64,000 nt of DNA from Chloroflexota bacterium. GTDB lineage: Bacteria > Chloroflexota > UBA6077 > CF-72. Positions 28,219 to 37,790 of this stretch are shown here, piece after piece. Location: NCBI GenBank assembly GCA_019247515.1, contig JAFAOS010000252.1, forward strand, positions 138-64,137, given 5' to 3'. Made by a program: the position numbers and the translations under genes. The notes below the pieces were generated by a model. That model did no database searches. It had not been told where the DNA came from and worked only from the letters and a program-made list of their open reading frames with translations. Position 1 is the first letter of the stretch. The number at the start of each line of letters is the position of its first letter.

Positions 28219-29055
28219 TCAGGCGGCCAGCGGCAGGTCGTCGTACGCGCGGAGCGCCAGACGGTGGGTCGCCTTCGGTCCCAGCTCCAGGCCAAAGCCG
28301 TATGCCGCCACGATGGGCGCCAGCGCGGCGATTGGCAGCGAGCCATGCCGCTCGACAATCAGTCGCGGTCGACCATTGTCGTCCCGCGTGCCGAGGCGCT
28401 GGAAGCCCAGGATGGTGGTGGACATCGGCGCGTGCAGCGGATAGGCGGCGCGCGCCGCGGCTTCGTCCTGGTGGCGCATCAGGACAAAATTGGGTTCGTG
28501 ACCGAACTCCGATTGCAGGCCGGCCGCGGTGAAATGCGCAGGTTCGTCGTCGGCGCCGGTGACGTGGCGCGAGCGGTTGGCCGACGTGATGTACAGGTAT
28601 TCGACGCCAAGCAGGTCCATTGCCCGCCGCAGCAATCCGTTGGACGGACACTCGTAACCCGGCGCGATCACCTGGGTGGTGCGGATGTCGCCGTCGTACG
28701 CGGCCAGATGGTCGGGGACGTGCGCGGCGGCTGGACCTCGGAAGCCGAAGGGCCCGATGCTGAAGAGTCGGTCGATCAGCGCGTCCACGGTGCCGCGCGA
28801 CAGACCGTCCGGCAGACGACTCCAGTCGAACAGGCGCGACACGCGGCAGCGGGTGGTCGTCACGCTGCCAACCTGATCCGCGGGCCGGCCTTTCATCAGG
28901 TTGACGCCGCGGACGACCTCGGCGTCGGGCCGCGTGGTGATTACGTAGAAGTTGCCAAAGGCGTGGCCCACGACCGCGCCGCGCGCGATGGCGATGGCGG
29001 CGCGTTCGGCATCGGCGGGGCGGGACAGATCGAACGTGTCCATGAGTATGGCCAC
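28219..29055 (-). CDS. Divergent YrdC/Sua5-like domain protein
   Basis: MKGRP (KxR) and ITSANRS (SxN) motifs; the PTETVYG region is replaced by AFGNFYV. Confidence 0.6.
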   Translation of the reverse strand: MAILMDTFDLSRPADAERAAIAIARGAVVGHAFGNFYVITTRPDAEVVRGVNLMKGRPADQVGSVTTTRCRVSRLFDWSRLPDGLSRGTVDALIDRLFSIGPFGFRGPAAAHVPDHLAAYDGDIRTTQVIAPGYECPSNGLLRRAMDLLGVEYLYITSANRSRHVTGADDEPAHFTAAGLQSEFGHEPNFVLMRHQDEAAARAAYPLHAPMSTTILGFQRLGTRDDNGRPRLIVERHGSLPIAALAPIVAAYGFGLELGPKATHRLALRAYDDLPLAA

Positions 29056-29086
29056 CCTACCCGCCTGCTCGCGCGCCCACTATGAA

Positions 29087-30265
29087 TCAGTTCACATCGA
29101 CTCGCCGACCCGCGCGGAAAACGGCGGTCACGTTCAGCAGCGCGCCGAGGTCCAGGGTGGGGTCGCCCACCACGGCGAACAGGTCGGCGTCCCGGCCGGG
29201 CTTGACCGCGCCTTTCCGCTCGCCGACGCCGCATGCTTCGGCGCCAACCGAGGTTGCGGCGGCGAGCGCCTCGACGTTCGTCAGACCCGCGCGCGCCAGG
29301 AACGCGACGCCGTACGGCAGGACGTCGTGGGGCTTGCCCGGCGACACGCCCGCGTCGGTGCCGCCGATCAGACGCACTCCGGCCTGGTGCATGTCCTCCA
29401 GAATGGGCAGGAAGCTTTCGGCGAGCGTCGAGATGCCCGGGCGAGTGCTCGGCGCGGTTCCAACCGTTGGCGATACGGCGATCCTCCGCTCGGCAATGCC
29501 TTCGATCAAGCGACGGTCCGGCTGACGTCCGCCGCCGACGCGGAATGAGCAGTGCTCGATACAGTCCACACCCGCGGCTACCGCGTTCGCAATACCCGCC
29601 GGACCGTGCGCGTGCGCCGTCACCGACCGGCCTAGCCGATGCGCTTCTTCGACCGCGGCCTGCAATTCGGCGACCGTGTACTGCGGCTGGCTCGGATTGG
29701 TGCCGGGTGTCATGTGGCCGCCGGTGGCCATGATTTTGATCACGTCCACGCCAGACTTCACCCGAGTCCGGACGCCGCGCCGCACTTCCAGCTCACCATC
29801 CGCTTCGCCGCCCATGAAATGGCAGTGGCCGCCGGTAACCGTGACAGGCGGCCCGGCGGCGATGATCTCGGGTCCGAGCTCCGCGCCACTCCGAAACCAG
29901 TCGCGCAGCGTCACGCCCAGGTAGTTGCGATCGCCCAGGTCACGCACGGTCGTGATGCCGGCGGCCAGCGCCCGACGCGCGGCCAGACGCATGCGCAACA
30001 GCAGAGTCGCATCCGAATCCGCCAGCATCTGTGCCACGGGACGCGGGCCCGCGTCGAAACCGAGGTGGACGTGGGCGTCGATCATGCCCGGCAGGAGCGT
30101 GACGTCCCCGAGGTCCACCACCTCTGCATCCGTCGGTGACTCGATGGGTCCGGACTCAACTCCGGTGATGCGTCCGGCGTCGATCACCACCATCGGCTGT
30201 TGGATCAACCGCGCGCTGACGCCGTCGAACAGTCGCGCCGCGCGTAAGACCTGCGGGCCTGGCAT
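29087..30265 (-). CDS. Amidohydrolase family protein
   Basis: LPGMIDAHVH, GITTVRDLG, IKIMATGG, AHAHG, IEHCS, GTDAG. Confidence 0.9.
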   Translation of the reverse strand: MPGPQVLRAARLFDGVSARLIQQPMVVIDAGRITGVESGPIESPTDAEVVDLGDVTLLPGMIDAHVHLGFDAGPRPVAQMLADSDATLLLRMRLAARRALAAGITTVRDLGDRNYLGVTLRDWFRSGAELGPEIIAAGPPVTVTGGHCHFMGGEADGELEVRRGVRTRVKSGVDVIKIMATGGHMTPGTNPSQPQYTVAELQAAVEEAHRLGRSVTAHAHGPAGIANAVAAGVDCIEHCSFRVGGGRQPDRRLIEGIAERRIAVSPTVGTAPSTRPGISTLAESFLPILEDMHQAGVRLIGGTDAGVSPGKPHDVLPYGVAFLARAGLTNVEALAAATSVGAEACGVGERKGAVKPGRDADLFAVVGDPTLDLGALLNVTAVFRAGRRVDVN

Positions 30266-30912
30266 CAATGCAACGATCGGGCAACGTGAAGCATTTGTTC
30301 GGCCACGAGCTGACCCGTGGCGTCGCCGTGGGCGCGCAGGCCGGCCGCGGCGCTTTCGATGTCCGACGGCCGGTTCTGACTGAGCTTGCGCTTGCCTTCG
30401 AGTCGCGTGATGGGGATCTCGAAGGCGACGATCGCCTGGCCGAGCCGGGCGATGTAGTCTTCGCCAGCGCGCGCGGTGGACCACCGCTCTGGCAAGCCTG
30501 ACTCGAAGGTCTGGACGGTGTCCTCGAGGAGGTTGCGCACGTGGGCCCAGTCGTCGAGCAGAACCGGGGTGCCATAGGCGTGGACCGCGGAGTAGTTCCA
30601 GGTGGGCACGGCCTGCTCTGCCAGGTACCAGTTGGGCGAGATGTACGCGTGCGGGCCCTGGAAGATCACCAGCGCCTCCTCACACTCGCGCTCGGGTTGG
30701 AGTTGGAGAAAGGAGCGCCAGTGGGGGTTGGCGCGCGCCATGTGGCCGCGCAAGGTGCCGTTCGCGCCACGCGTCGAGTCCAGCAAGAAGGGCATATGCG
30801 TCGCAAACAACTCGCCGTCGACCCGCGAGACCAGCGTGGCGAAGCTGTGCTCGCGGATCAGCTCGTGCAGCACCTCGGGGCGCGTTTCGCGGAAGGCAGC
30901 CGGAATGTACAT
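30265..30912 (-). CDS. paiB: PaiB family FMN/heme-binding split-barrel protein
   Basis: MYIPAAF, GHMARANPHW, GPHAYISPNWY, VPTWNY, KLSQNR. Confidence 0.88.
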   Translation of the reverse strand: MYIPAAFRETRPEVLHELIREHSFATLVSRVDGELFATHMPFLLDSTRGANGTLRGHMARANPHWRSFLQLQPERECEEALVIFQGPHAYISPNWYLAEQAVPTWNYSAVHAYGTPVLLDDWAHVRNLLEDTVQTFESGLPERWSTARAGEDYIARLGQAIVAFEIPITRLEGKRKLSQNRPSDIESAAAGLRAHGDATGQLVAEQMLHVARSLH

Positions 30913-30966
30913 CGATCAGATTGAACACGCTCGCGTTGCGCGGCGAGAATACGTCATGGACAAGCG

Positions 30967-32208
30967 ATGATGCAGCGCGAACCCCGGCACGTTCTGGCCA
31001 TCGTCCTGGCTGGTGGCGAAGGCAAACGTCTGATGCCGCTGACCGCCGACCGTGCCAAACCCGCCGTGCCTTTCGGAGGAACGTATCGGCTGATCGACTT
31101 CGCGCTGTCAAATCTCGCCAACGCCGCGATCTTCAAGATCGTCGTCCTGACCCAGTACAAGAGCCACAGTCTCGACCGTCACATTGCGCAGATGTGGCGG
31201 ATGTCGACACTCCTGGGCAACTACGTCGCCACGGTTCCGGCTCAGATGCGCGTTGGCCCGAGGTGGTTCGTCGGCTCGGCAGACGCTATTTATCAGAACC
31301 TGAACCTCATCTACGACGAGCGTCCGACCCATATTTGCGTCCTCGGCGCCGACCACATCTACCGCATGGACATGCGCCAGATGGTCGAGCACCACGTGCG
31401 CTCCGGCGCCTCGTTGACGTTGGCTGGCATTCGCGTGCCGATCGAGCAGGCGCCCGCGTTCGGCATCATCGAGGCCGACGCCAACGGACGGGTGCTCACG
31501 TTTCGCGAGAAGCCGCCCGCGCCGCAGCCGCTGCCCGACGCGCCGCACCAGGCGTACGCGTCGATGGGCGTCTACGTCTTCGACACGGACGCGCTGGTCG
31601 ACGCGGTCACGGCGGACTCGGAACGCGAAGACTCGGTCCACGACGTCGGCGGCAGTCTCGTGCCGATGCTCGTGGAGCGTGGCGAGGCAACCGTGTATGA
31701 CTTCAGCACCAACGACGTGCCCGGCGCGACCGAGCGCGACCGTGGCTACTGGCGTGACGTGGGCGACCTGGACATCTACTACGAGGCGAACATGGACCTC
31801 GTCGCGCCTGACCCGATCTTCAATCTGTACAACCTGCAGTGGCCGATCTACACCTCGCCCAGGCCCCTGCCGCCGGCCAAGTTCGTCTTCGACGAGGAAG
31901 GTCGCCGCGGAATGGCCATCGACTCGCTCATCAGCGTCGGCGTCATCATCTCGGGCGCCACGGTGCGACGCTCGATTCTGTCGCCCGGCGTGTTCGTGCA
32001 CACGGGCGCGACGGTCGAGGGCTCGGTACTGATGGACAACGTGGAGGTCGGCCGGGGCGCGGTGATTCGCAACACGATCATCGACAAAAACGTGCGCGTG
32101 CCCAGCGGCTGGCGCATCGGCGTCGACCCCGAAAGTGACCGTGCCCGCTTTCACGTCTCGCACGGTGGGGTGGTCGCGTTGCGCAAGGGGCAACAGGTGG
32201 GAGACTAG
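30967..32208 (+). CDS. glgC: Glucose-1-phosphate adenylyltransferase
   Basis: [48 protein letters not shown]. Confidence 0.97.
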   Translation: MMQREPRHVLAIVLAGGEGKRLMPLTADRAKPAVPFGGTYRLIDFALSNLANAAIFKIVVLTQYKSHSLDRHIAQMWRMSTLLGNYVATVPAQMRVGPRWFVGSADAIYQNLNLIYDERPTHICVLGADHIYRMDMRQMVEHHVRSGASLTLAGIRVPIEQAPAFGIIEADANGRVLTFREKPPAPQPLPDAPHQAYASMGVYVFDTDALVDAVTADSEREDSVHDVGGSLVPMLVERGEATVYDFSTNDVPGATERDRGYWRDVGDLDIYYEANMDLVAPDPIFNLYNLQWPIYTSPRPLPPAKFVFDEEGRRGMAIDSLISVGVIISGATVRRSILSPGVFVHTGATVEGSVLMDNVEVGRGAVIRNTIIDKNVRVPSGWRIGVDPESDRARFHVSHGGVVALRKGQQVGD

Positions 32209-32213
32209 CGGAC

Positions 32214-32576
32214 GTGTTTCCAGGCTGGTTCTGGCGCCGACGCACCGCGGAACGGCGGGCCCAGGCGCTGCTGCGGCGGCTACTTTCGGCGACCGAGCAG
32301 GCCCAGCTGCGCAAGGAAGGATTCCTCGAGGTGCGCAGTCAAGCGGTCAGCGGCCGTACGTACCGCATTCCGAGGCGCGGCTCGCCCGTCGCGGTCCTGG
32401 AGCCCGACGGCAAGGTCAAATACCTCTGCCTGCAGCCCGAAACGCCGGTCGCCAGAGGCGAGCTGGTGGTGATTCACAAGCTTCTGCTGGAGGGCGCCGA
32501 ACGCGACTACTGGCTGAAAGCCAATCGCGTCGGCCGACCGATGGGCCGCGGCTTCGGGCGGCGGCTGCTCGGTTGA
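32214..32576 (+). CDS. Hypothetical protein (120 aa, basic)
   Basis: Clean ORF directly after glgC with GRTYRI...LCLQP...KLLLE...AN pattern. Confidence 0.65.
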   Translation: MFPGWFWRRRTAERRAQALLRRLLSATEQAQLRKEGFLEVRSQAVSGRTYRIPRRGSPVAVLEPDGKVKYLCLQPETPVARGELVVIHKLLLEGAERDYWLKANRVGRPMGRGFGRRLLG

Positions 32577-32590
32577 CGGTCAGAAAAAGG

Positions 32591-32620
32591 TTGGCGACAA
32601 GTGCTGCCTGGTGGTAAACT
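32591..32620 (+). promoter_or_regulatory. Putative sigma70-type promoter of ssrA
   Basis: TTGGCG (32591), 18 nt, TAAACT (32615) preceded by TGG, ~18 nt upstream of the mature 5' end. Confidence 0.55.
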
Positions 32621-32638
32621 TTGTGCCCCAGGTCTCAC

Positions 32639-33056
32639 GGGGCCGAGTGGTATCGACAAAGGAGGGAAGCCGAAGAGAGCAGGCCGAGGATGGTACTACG
32701 CCTCGTAAAAATGTACCGCCAAAAGTAACTGGCAACCTTGTTACTATCGCGTCCGGTGAACAGGACGGCAACCCGGCTCTGAGCCCCGTTCCGTTCCGCG
32801 CTCCGGCGCTGCTCGCGGCCTAAGAACCCGCGACAGCCCTCCAGGCAAGGCTTCGTAGTCTGGTCCGGTTGTAACCCCCACGAGGCTGGCTTCGCGAGAC
32901 TGTCGCGGTAGCGAAGCGAGATCCAGCGGCTGGCTCCACTGACGGTCTGTCGGGCCGCTCGTCAGTGAGCAAGATTCAAGCGACCGACTAAGCCTGTAGA
33001 ACTCCACGCCGATCTCGCTTTGGACGCGGGCGTCCGACTCCCCGCCGGCTCCACCA
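32639..33056 (+). ncRNA. ssrA: tmRNA (transfer-messenger RNA)
   Basis: 5' GGGGCCG..GGTATCGAC; 3' CGGCTCC-A-CCA forms the Ala acceptor stem with a G3:U pair; resume context gtaact-GGC; tag ends ALLAA-TAA. Confidence 0.93.
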
Positions 33057-33059
33057 ATC

Positions 33060-33091
33060 AGGGAGGTCCTGTCAAGGACCTCCCTTTTATT
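33060..33091 (+). terminator. Intrinsic terminator after ssrA
   Basis: AGGGAGGTCCT-gtca-AGGACCTCCCT followed by TTTATT. Confidence 0.85.
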
Positions 33092-33119
33092 GTGTCGATT
33101 TCGCCCTGGGCGTCGTCCT

Positions 33120-33682
33120 GGCCGCGTCACTGAGCCAACCCCGCCACCAGAACATGGCCAACAGGCACAGCAGGGCGTCAGAAGAGTGAGTGGCAGGAAG
33201 AGCGTGGCAATGATCGCCAGTTGCTTCATGACGCCGTTCAGCCGGTTCGAGACGGTCGACAGGTGCGTGTCGAGCGCACCACTCAGCAGGTCGCGGTAAC
33301 TGTCCACCAAGGTCGCTGATGCGGATCAGGTGGTCATAGACGTCGCGGAAGTAGCGTTCAGCCTCGGGCGTCATCCCGGGTAGCGGCGCCACCCCGGCCA
33401 GCTGGGTTGCCAGCATGTCACGCGCCGGGGTAATCACCTTGCGCACCCCGATCAGCGAGCGTAGTCGCCGTAGTCCTCGATCTTCGGCCGTTGCCCGAAC
33501 TGTTCGGCATCTTCAACCGCCAGCGGATGGAACGCAAACACGTCGCGCAAAATGGGCAGGGTTTCCTGACCGCTGCCGTGCAGGTCCAGCCAGAATGGCG
33601 TGCCGGCGGCGAGCAGTTCGCGAATGCCCGCTTCGTCGCCGGCGCGCCGGGTGCCGTCGGGGGTGATCAGCACTGCGTCCAT
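33120..33682 (-). pseudogene. corA: Decayed CorA magnesium transporter
   Basis: FWLDL, FHPLAVED..GQRPKIEDY, YFRDVYDHL and SNRLNGVMKQLAIIATLFLPLT lie in different frames with large internal deletions; GMN motif absent. Confidence 0.85.
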
Positions 33683-33803
33683 GCCGCAGATTGTGGCAGC
33701 GGACGCGTCCGGAGCGTTGGCCGATCGCATCCGACCTTGGTCCGATCCAGCGGCGACTTTCGCCCCCTGGGGATTGGCTGCTGTGCTCAGTACAATTCCG
33801 CCG

Positions 33804-35243
33804 ATGACGATCGCGGCACGTGCGTTTCGAGCCGCTCCGCTCGCTGGCTGGTGGGCATGGCCCCGGCCCTTGATCGGCCATCGCTGGTCGCTGGCTCAGC
33901 AGTACCTGGTGGCCAGCCTGATCGTCGTCCTCGCCGGAGTGCTCATCACGGGCGCCTGGATCGGGCACCAGATCGAAACCAGCGTTGTCGAGCGCACCGG
34001 CGGCATCACTGCGCTGTACGTCGACAGCGTCATCGGGCCGCACCTGCAGGCTCTGGCGCTCGACGATCGGTGGCTCACTCCCGACGATGCCGCGGCGCTG
34101 AACGGTCTGGTAGCCGACACTGGCCTCGGCGAGGGCGTGGTGCAGTTCAAGATCTGGTCGCGCGACGGCAGGATCCTGTATTCGACGGACCCCGCGCTCG
34201 TCGGTCAGCAGTTTCCGGTCGACGACTTCCTGCAGCAGGCGATCAACGGCCAGGTGAGCGCGGATATCAGCAACCTGGACGCGCCGGAGAACCGGGACGA
34301 GCGCCAGCACTTCAGCCGCCTGGTGGAGGTCTACGCGCCGGTCCGACAGAACAGCGACGGACGGGTCATAGCCATCAACGAGTTCTACCTGTTGCCCGAC
34401 GCGCTCGATCAGGAGATCCGCGACGCCCAGCTGAGCTCTTGGGCCGTGGTGGCCGGCATCGGCCTGGTGACCTATCTGCTGCTGGCCGGCATTGTCAAAC
34501 GCGGCAGCGACACGATCCGCCACCAGCAGCGCGAGCTGGAGCGACGTCTGGAGCAAAACACGCGTTTGCACGAGCGAGTCCGGCAAGCGGCGGGGCGCAC
34601 GACGGCGCTCAACGAACAGGCGCTGCGGCGGGTCAGCGCGGATTTGCACGATGGGCCAGGGCAAGCGCTGGCGCTCGCGCTGCTGCGTCTGGATGCCTTG
34701 CAAGCGCCATGTGCCGACAATGTGGAGTCCTGCAGGCGTACGCACGCGGATTTCGAAACGGTCCATTCCGCGGTGCGCGACGCGCTGTCGGACCTGCGGG
34801 CGATTTCCGCCGGATTGCGTCTGCCGGAGCTGGAGCGACTGACCGTGGTGGAGGTTGCGTCGCGGGCAATTGACGACCACCAGCGGCGCAGCCGGGTGAC
34901 AGTCCAGCGCCAGCTGGAGTCGCTGCCGGAGCAGGCGCCGCTGGCAATCAAGATCGCCCTGGTGCGGACGCTGCAAGAGGCATTATCGAATGCCACGCGC
35001 CACGGCAGGGGCGCCGATGTGCGCGTCGAGCTGGATGGTGCTGGTGACCGGTTGCGCCTCAAAGTTTCGGATCGCGGACCGGGCTTCGATACGCAACTGG
35101 CGGAACGCTCCGGCGGGCTGGGACTGGCCGGCATGCGCGAGCGCGCGGAGCTCCTGGGAGGACGGTTCGCAGTGGAATCCAGCGTCGGCGCTGGCACCAC
35201 CGTCCAGGCGTGGTGGCCTTTGTCGGTGCCCGTCGGTGCCTGA
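33804..35243 (+). CDS. Sensor histidine kinase (HisKA_3/NarX-type)
   Basis: Two TM segments, ADLHDGPGQ, QEALSNATRH, DRGPGF, GLGLAGMRERA. Confidence 0.92.
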   Translation: MTIAARAFRAAPLAGWWAWPRPLIGHRWSLAQQYLVASLIVVLAGVLITGAWIGHQIETSVVERTGGITALYVDSVIGPHLQALALDDRWLTPDDAAALNGLVADTGLGEGVVQFKIWSRDGRILYSTDPALVGQQFPVDDFLQQAINGQVSADISNLDAPENRDERQHFSRLVEVYAPVRQNSDGRVIAINEFYLLPDALDQEIRDAQLSSWAVVAGIGLVTYLLLAGIVKRGSDTIRHQQRELERRLEQNTRLHERVRQAAGRTTALNEQALRRVSADLHDGPGQALALALLRLDALQAPCADNVESCRRTHADFETVHSAVRDALSDLRAISAGLRLPELERLTVVEVASRAIDDHQRRSRVTVQRQLESLPEQAPLAIKIALVRTLQEALSNATRHGRGADVRVELDGAGDRLRLKVSDRGPGFDTQLAERSGGLGLAGMRERAELLGGRFAVESSVGAGTTVQAWWPLSVPVGA

Positions 35244-35246
35244 CGC

Positions 35247-35924
35247 ATGAGCGATCCCATCCGCGTGCTCGTTGCCGACGATCACCCGCTCTTTCGTGAG
35301 GGGGTCATCACGTCATTGCGGTCGGTGCCTGACATGCAGGTGATCGGCCAGGCGGAAAACGCCGACGAGGCGGTCCGCCTGGTGCGCGAGGAATTACCGG
35401 ATATCGCCCTGCTGGATGTGACCATGCCCGGGGGTGGCATCGAGGCCGCGCGCAAGATCGCATCGGCGTGCCCGGCCACGCGCATCGTCATGCTCACGGT
35501 CTCGGAAGACGAGGACGACCTGCTGGAGGCGATGAAGGCGGGGGCTTCGGGCTACGTATTGAAGGGCGTGTCCGCGCGCGAGCTTGCGGCCGTGGTCCGC
35601 TCGGTCAGTGCTGGAGACGTGTACGTTGCTCCATCGCTAGCATTTGGCTTGTTGCGCGAGATGTCCAGGCCGCGTTCGAGCGACCCGCTGGCCGAGCTCA
35701 GCAGCCGCGAACGGCAAGTCCTGGAGCTGGTCGCCAGCGGACTGAGCAACCAGGAAATCGGACTCAAGCTCGGACTCGCGGAAAAGACGATCAAGCACTA
35801 CATGACGAACATTTTGACCAAGCTCCAGGTGCGCAGCCGCGTCGAGGCGGCCCTGCTGGCCGCGCGCGTCGGCCTCGGCCAGTCCACTCCCACTCCCTCT
35901 CCCTCTGCGAGAGGGCAGGGGTGA
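35247..35924 (+). CDS. NarL/LuxR-family response regulator
   Basis: ADDHPLFREG, LLDVTMP, GYVLK, LSSRERQVL..GLSNQEI. Confidence 0.95.
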   Translation: MSDPIRVLVADDHPLFREGVITSLRSVPDMQVIGQAENADEAVRLVREELPDIALLDVTMPGGGIEAARKIASACPATRIVMLTVSEDEDDLLEAMKAGASGYVLKGVSARELAAVVRSVSAGDVYVAPSLAFGLLREMSRPRSSDPLAELSSRERQVLELVASGLSNQEIGLKLGLAEKTIKHYMTNILTKLQVRSRVEAALLAARVGLGQSTPTPSPSARGQG

Positions 35925-35930
35925 GGGAGA
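35888..35930. repeat. REP-like palindrome overlapping the response-regulator stop codon
   Basis: ccctctccctctgcgagagggcaggggtgaggg matches 23009-23041. Confidence 0.75.
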
Positions 35931-35960
35931 ACTGTCGCCGACGTGGTACAAAATCGCGTC

Positions 35961-36284
35961 ATGCCGACCGTCCGCAACACGAGCAGATCCGCCCAGCCAC
36001 GCCGCGGGCGAGAGGTTCCACGCGCATTCAACTTCCACTGGGGCAGCGGCCAGATCGTCGAAGAAGCGGCCTACACCGGCCGCTACACGGAGCCGACGAT
36101 CCAGCTCCTCGAGTACACCGACCATCCCGGGTCGTTCGGTATCCGCTTCTGCTACTACAACCTCGAAGGCCGCTTCCAGCGTAGCCCGATGATGATCGAC
36201 GGCGACGATTCCTTCGACGGCCTGCGCGACGCCCTCAAAGACACGCCGCGGCTGCGCAACCTGCTACGAAAGCTGGTCTCATGA
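35961..36284 (+). CDS. Hypothetical protein
   Basis: Coding-like ORF whose stop overlaps the next ATG (ATGA). Confidence 0.7.
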   Translation: MPTVRNTSRSAQPRRGREVPRAFNFHWGSGQIVEEAAYTGRYTEPTIQLLEYTDHPGSFGIRFCYYNLEGRFQRSPMMIDGDDSFDGLRDALKDTPRLRNLLRKLVS

Positions 36285-37777
36285 CCGTCCAGCAAGCCGT
36301 CCGCCTCGGGGCGATGACCGGCGAGCGCTACGTCGACAGCTTGCGCGATGGTCGCGAAGTCTGGCTCGACGGCCAGCGCGTGGACGACGTGACCACCCAT
36401 CCCGCCTTCCGCGAGATGGTCCGCGCCCTGGCCGACGTCTACGACAAGCAGAACGCGGAGTATCGCGACGAGATGACCTACGTCGACCCGGAGAGCGGCG
36501 TGCGCACCAGCCTGTCGTGGCTGATCGCCCGTTCGGCGGCGGACTCTCAACGCAAGCGGCGCAACAGTCAGCTGTGGAACCTGCTGACCTGGGGTCAGCT
36601 GGGGCGCAGTCCGGACGTGCTCGCGCCGTTCATCGTCAACCTGATGAATCGTCGCGCTGCGTTTGGCGCTGCCAGCCATCCACGCTGCGACTTTGCCGAG
36701 AACATCGCCGGTTATTACCGCTTCTGCCGCGACAATGACGTGTTCCTGACGCACGCGCTCGGCGACCCGCAGGTCGATCGCAGCCAGCAGCCACAGAACG
36801 AGCGCCGTCAGGTGCCCGAGGACGAAGAGATCGCGCTGCATGTGGTGGAGGAGACCGACGACGGCGTCGTCGTCAGTGGCGGCAAACAACTGTCCACCGC
36901 GGCGGTGTTCAGCAACGAAACCTACGTCTCGCTGTCGCAGACCTTTTACGCGCGCAACGATCCGCGTTTCGTGCTGGCGTTCTCGATCGCGTCGAATTCT
37001 CCGGGGCTGCAGATCCTGGCGCGCGAACCGGTCGGGCGCTGGTTCGGCTCCTGGGGCCACCCGTTCCAGATGCTGGACGAGCAGGACTGCATGCTGTTCT
37101 TCCACCGGGTGCTGGTGCCCTGGGATCGGGTGTTCTTCCTGTACGAGGCTCCGGCGCGGGTCATGGCGTCGAGTGGACCGAGTGGCGCGGAGCTGAATTT
37201 CGCCGGCTGGGCGAACCTGGAGCGCGCGCTGTTCCGCTTCCGCTTGCTGACCGCCGTGGCGACGCTGGTTGCCGAAGCGATCGGCGTCATCGAATTTCGG
37301 GAGGTCGCCTCCAAGCTGGGTGAGATGGTGGCCAACTGCGAGATGCTGCGCCTGACCATGGACGGCATCGAGCATTCCTCTCGGACGACCGCCGGCATGC
37401 CGGGTCAGGGTCCGGTGGCGGTGTGGATGGCGCAGACCACCTGGCGGATGACGGAGTTGCTCCGCGAGATTTGCGGGTCCGGCATCGTGATGCAACCCAG
37501 TGAGAACGACCTGGCGAATCCGGAGATCCGCCCTTCGCTGGAGCGCTTTATGCGTGGCAAAGACGTGGATGTGGAGTACAAATCGCGGCTGTTCCGCGTC
37601 GCGCACGACCTGGCAATGTCGTCGTTCGCGATGCGCCAGGACATCTACGAGTACTGGCACGCCGGCGACCCGAGTCGCAACCGGATCAACCTGCTGCGCG
37701 CGTACGACCAGTCGGACATCACCGAGCGGATCAAAGACATGTGCAGCCGCCCGCTACCACACGGCGAGGTGCCCTGA
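36281..37777 (+). CDS. 4-hydroxyphenylacetate 3-hydroxylase (HpaB) family flavin monooxygenase
   Basis: YVDSLRDGREVW..G..V.DVTTHPAF, LGRSPD, DPQVDRS, DEQD...VLVPWDRVF. Confidence 0.9.
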   Translation: MTVQQAVRLGAMTGERYVDSLRDGREVWLDGQRVDDVTTHPAFREMVRALADVYDKQNAEYRDEMTYVDPESGVRTSLSWLIARSAADSQRKRRNSQLWNLLTWGQLGRSPDVLAPFIVNLMNRRAAFGAASHPRCDFAENIAGYYRFCRDNDVFLTHALGDPQVDRSQQPQNERRQVPEDEEIALHVVEETDDGVVVSGGKQLSTAAVFSNETYVSLSQTFYARNDPRFVLAFSIASNSPGLQILAREPVGRWFGSWGHPFQMLDEQDCMLFFHRVLVPWDRVFFLYEAPARVMASSGPSGAELNFAGWANLERALFRFRLLTAVATLVAEAIGVIEFREVASKLGEMVANCEMLRLTMDGIEHSSRTTAGMPGQGPVAVWMAQTTWRMTELLREICGSGIVMQPSENDLANPEIRPSLERFMRGKDVDVEYKSRLFRVAHDLAMSSFAMRQDIYEYWHAGDPSRNRINLLRAYDQSDITERIKDMCSRPLPHGEVP

Positions 37778-37790
37778 AACTAGCCAGGCA

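Noticed and set aside
32611-32823. 70-aa ORF as a protein-coding gene
   Set aside because: It is the tmRNA tag frame extended upstream by chance.
33056-36000. Genomic island or prophage integrated at ssrA
   Set aside because: No integrase is present, and I saw no duplicate of the ssrA 3' end in the window.
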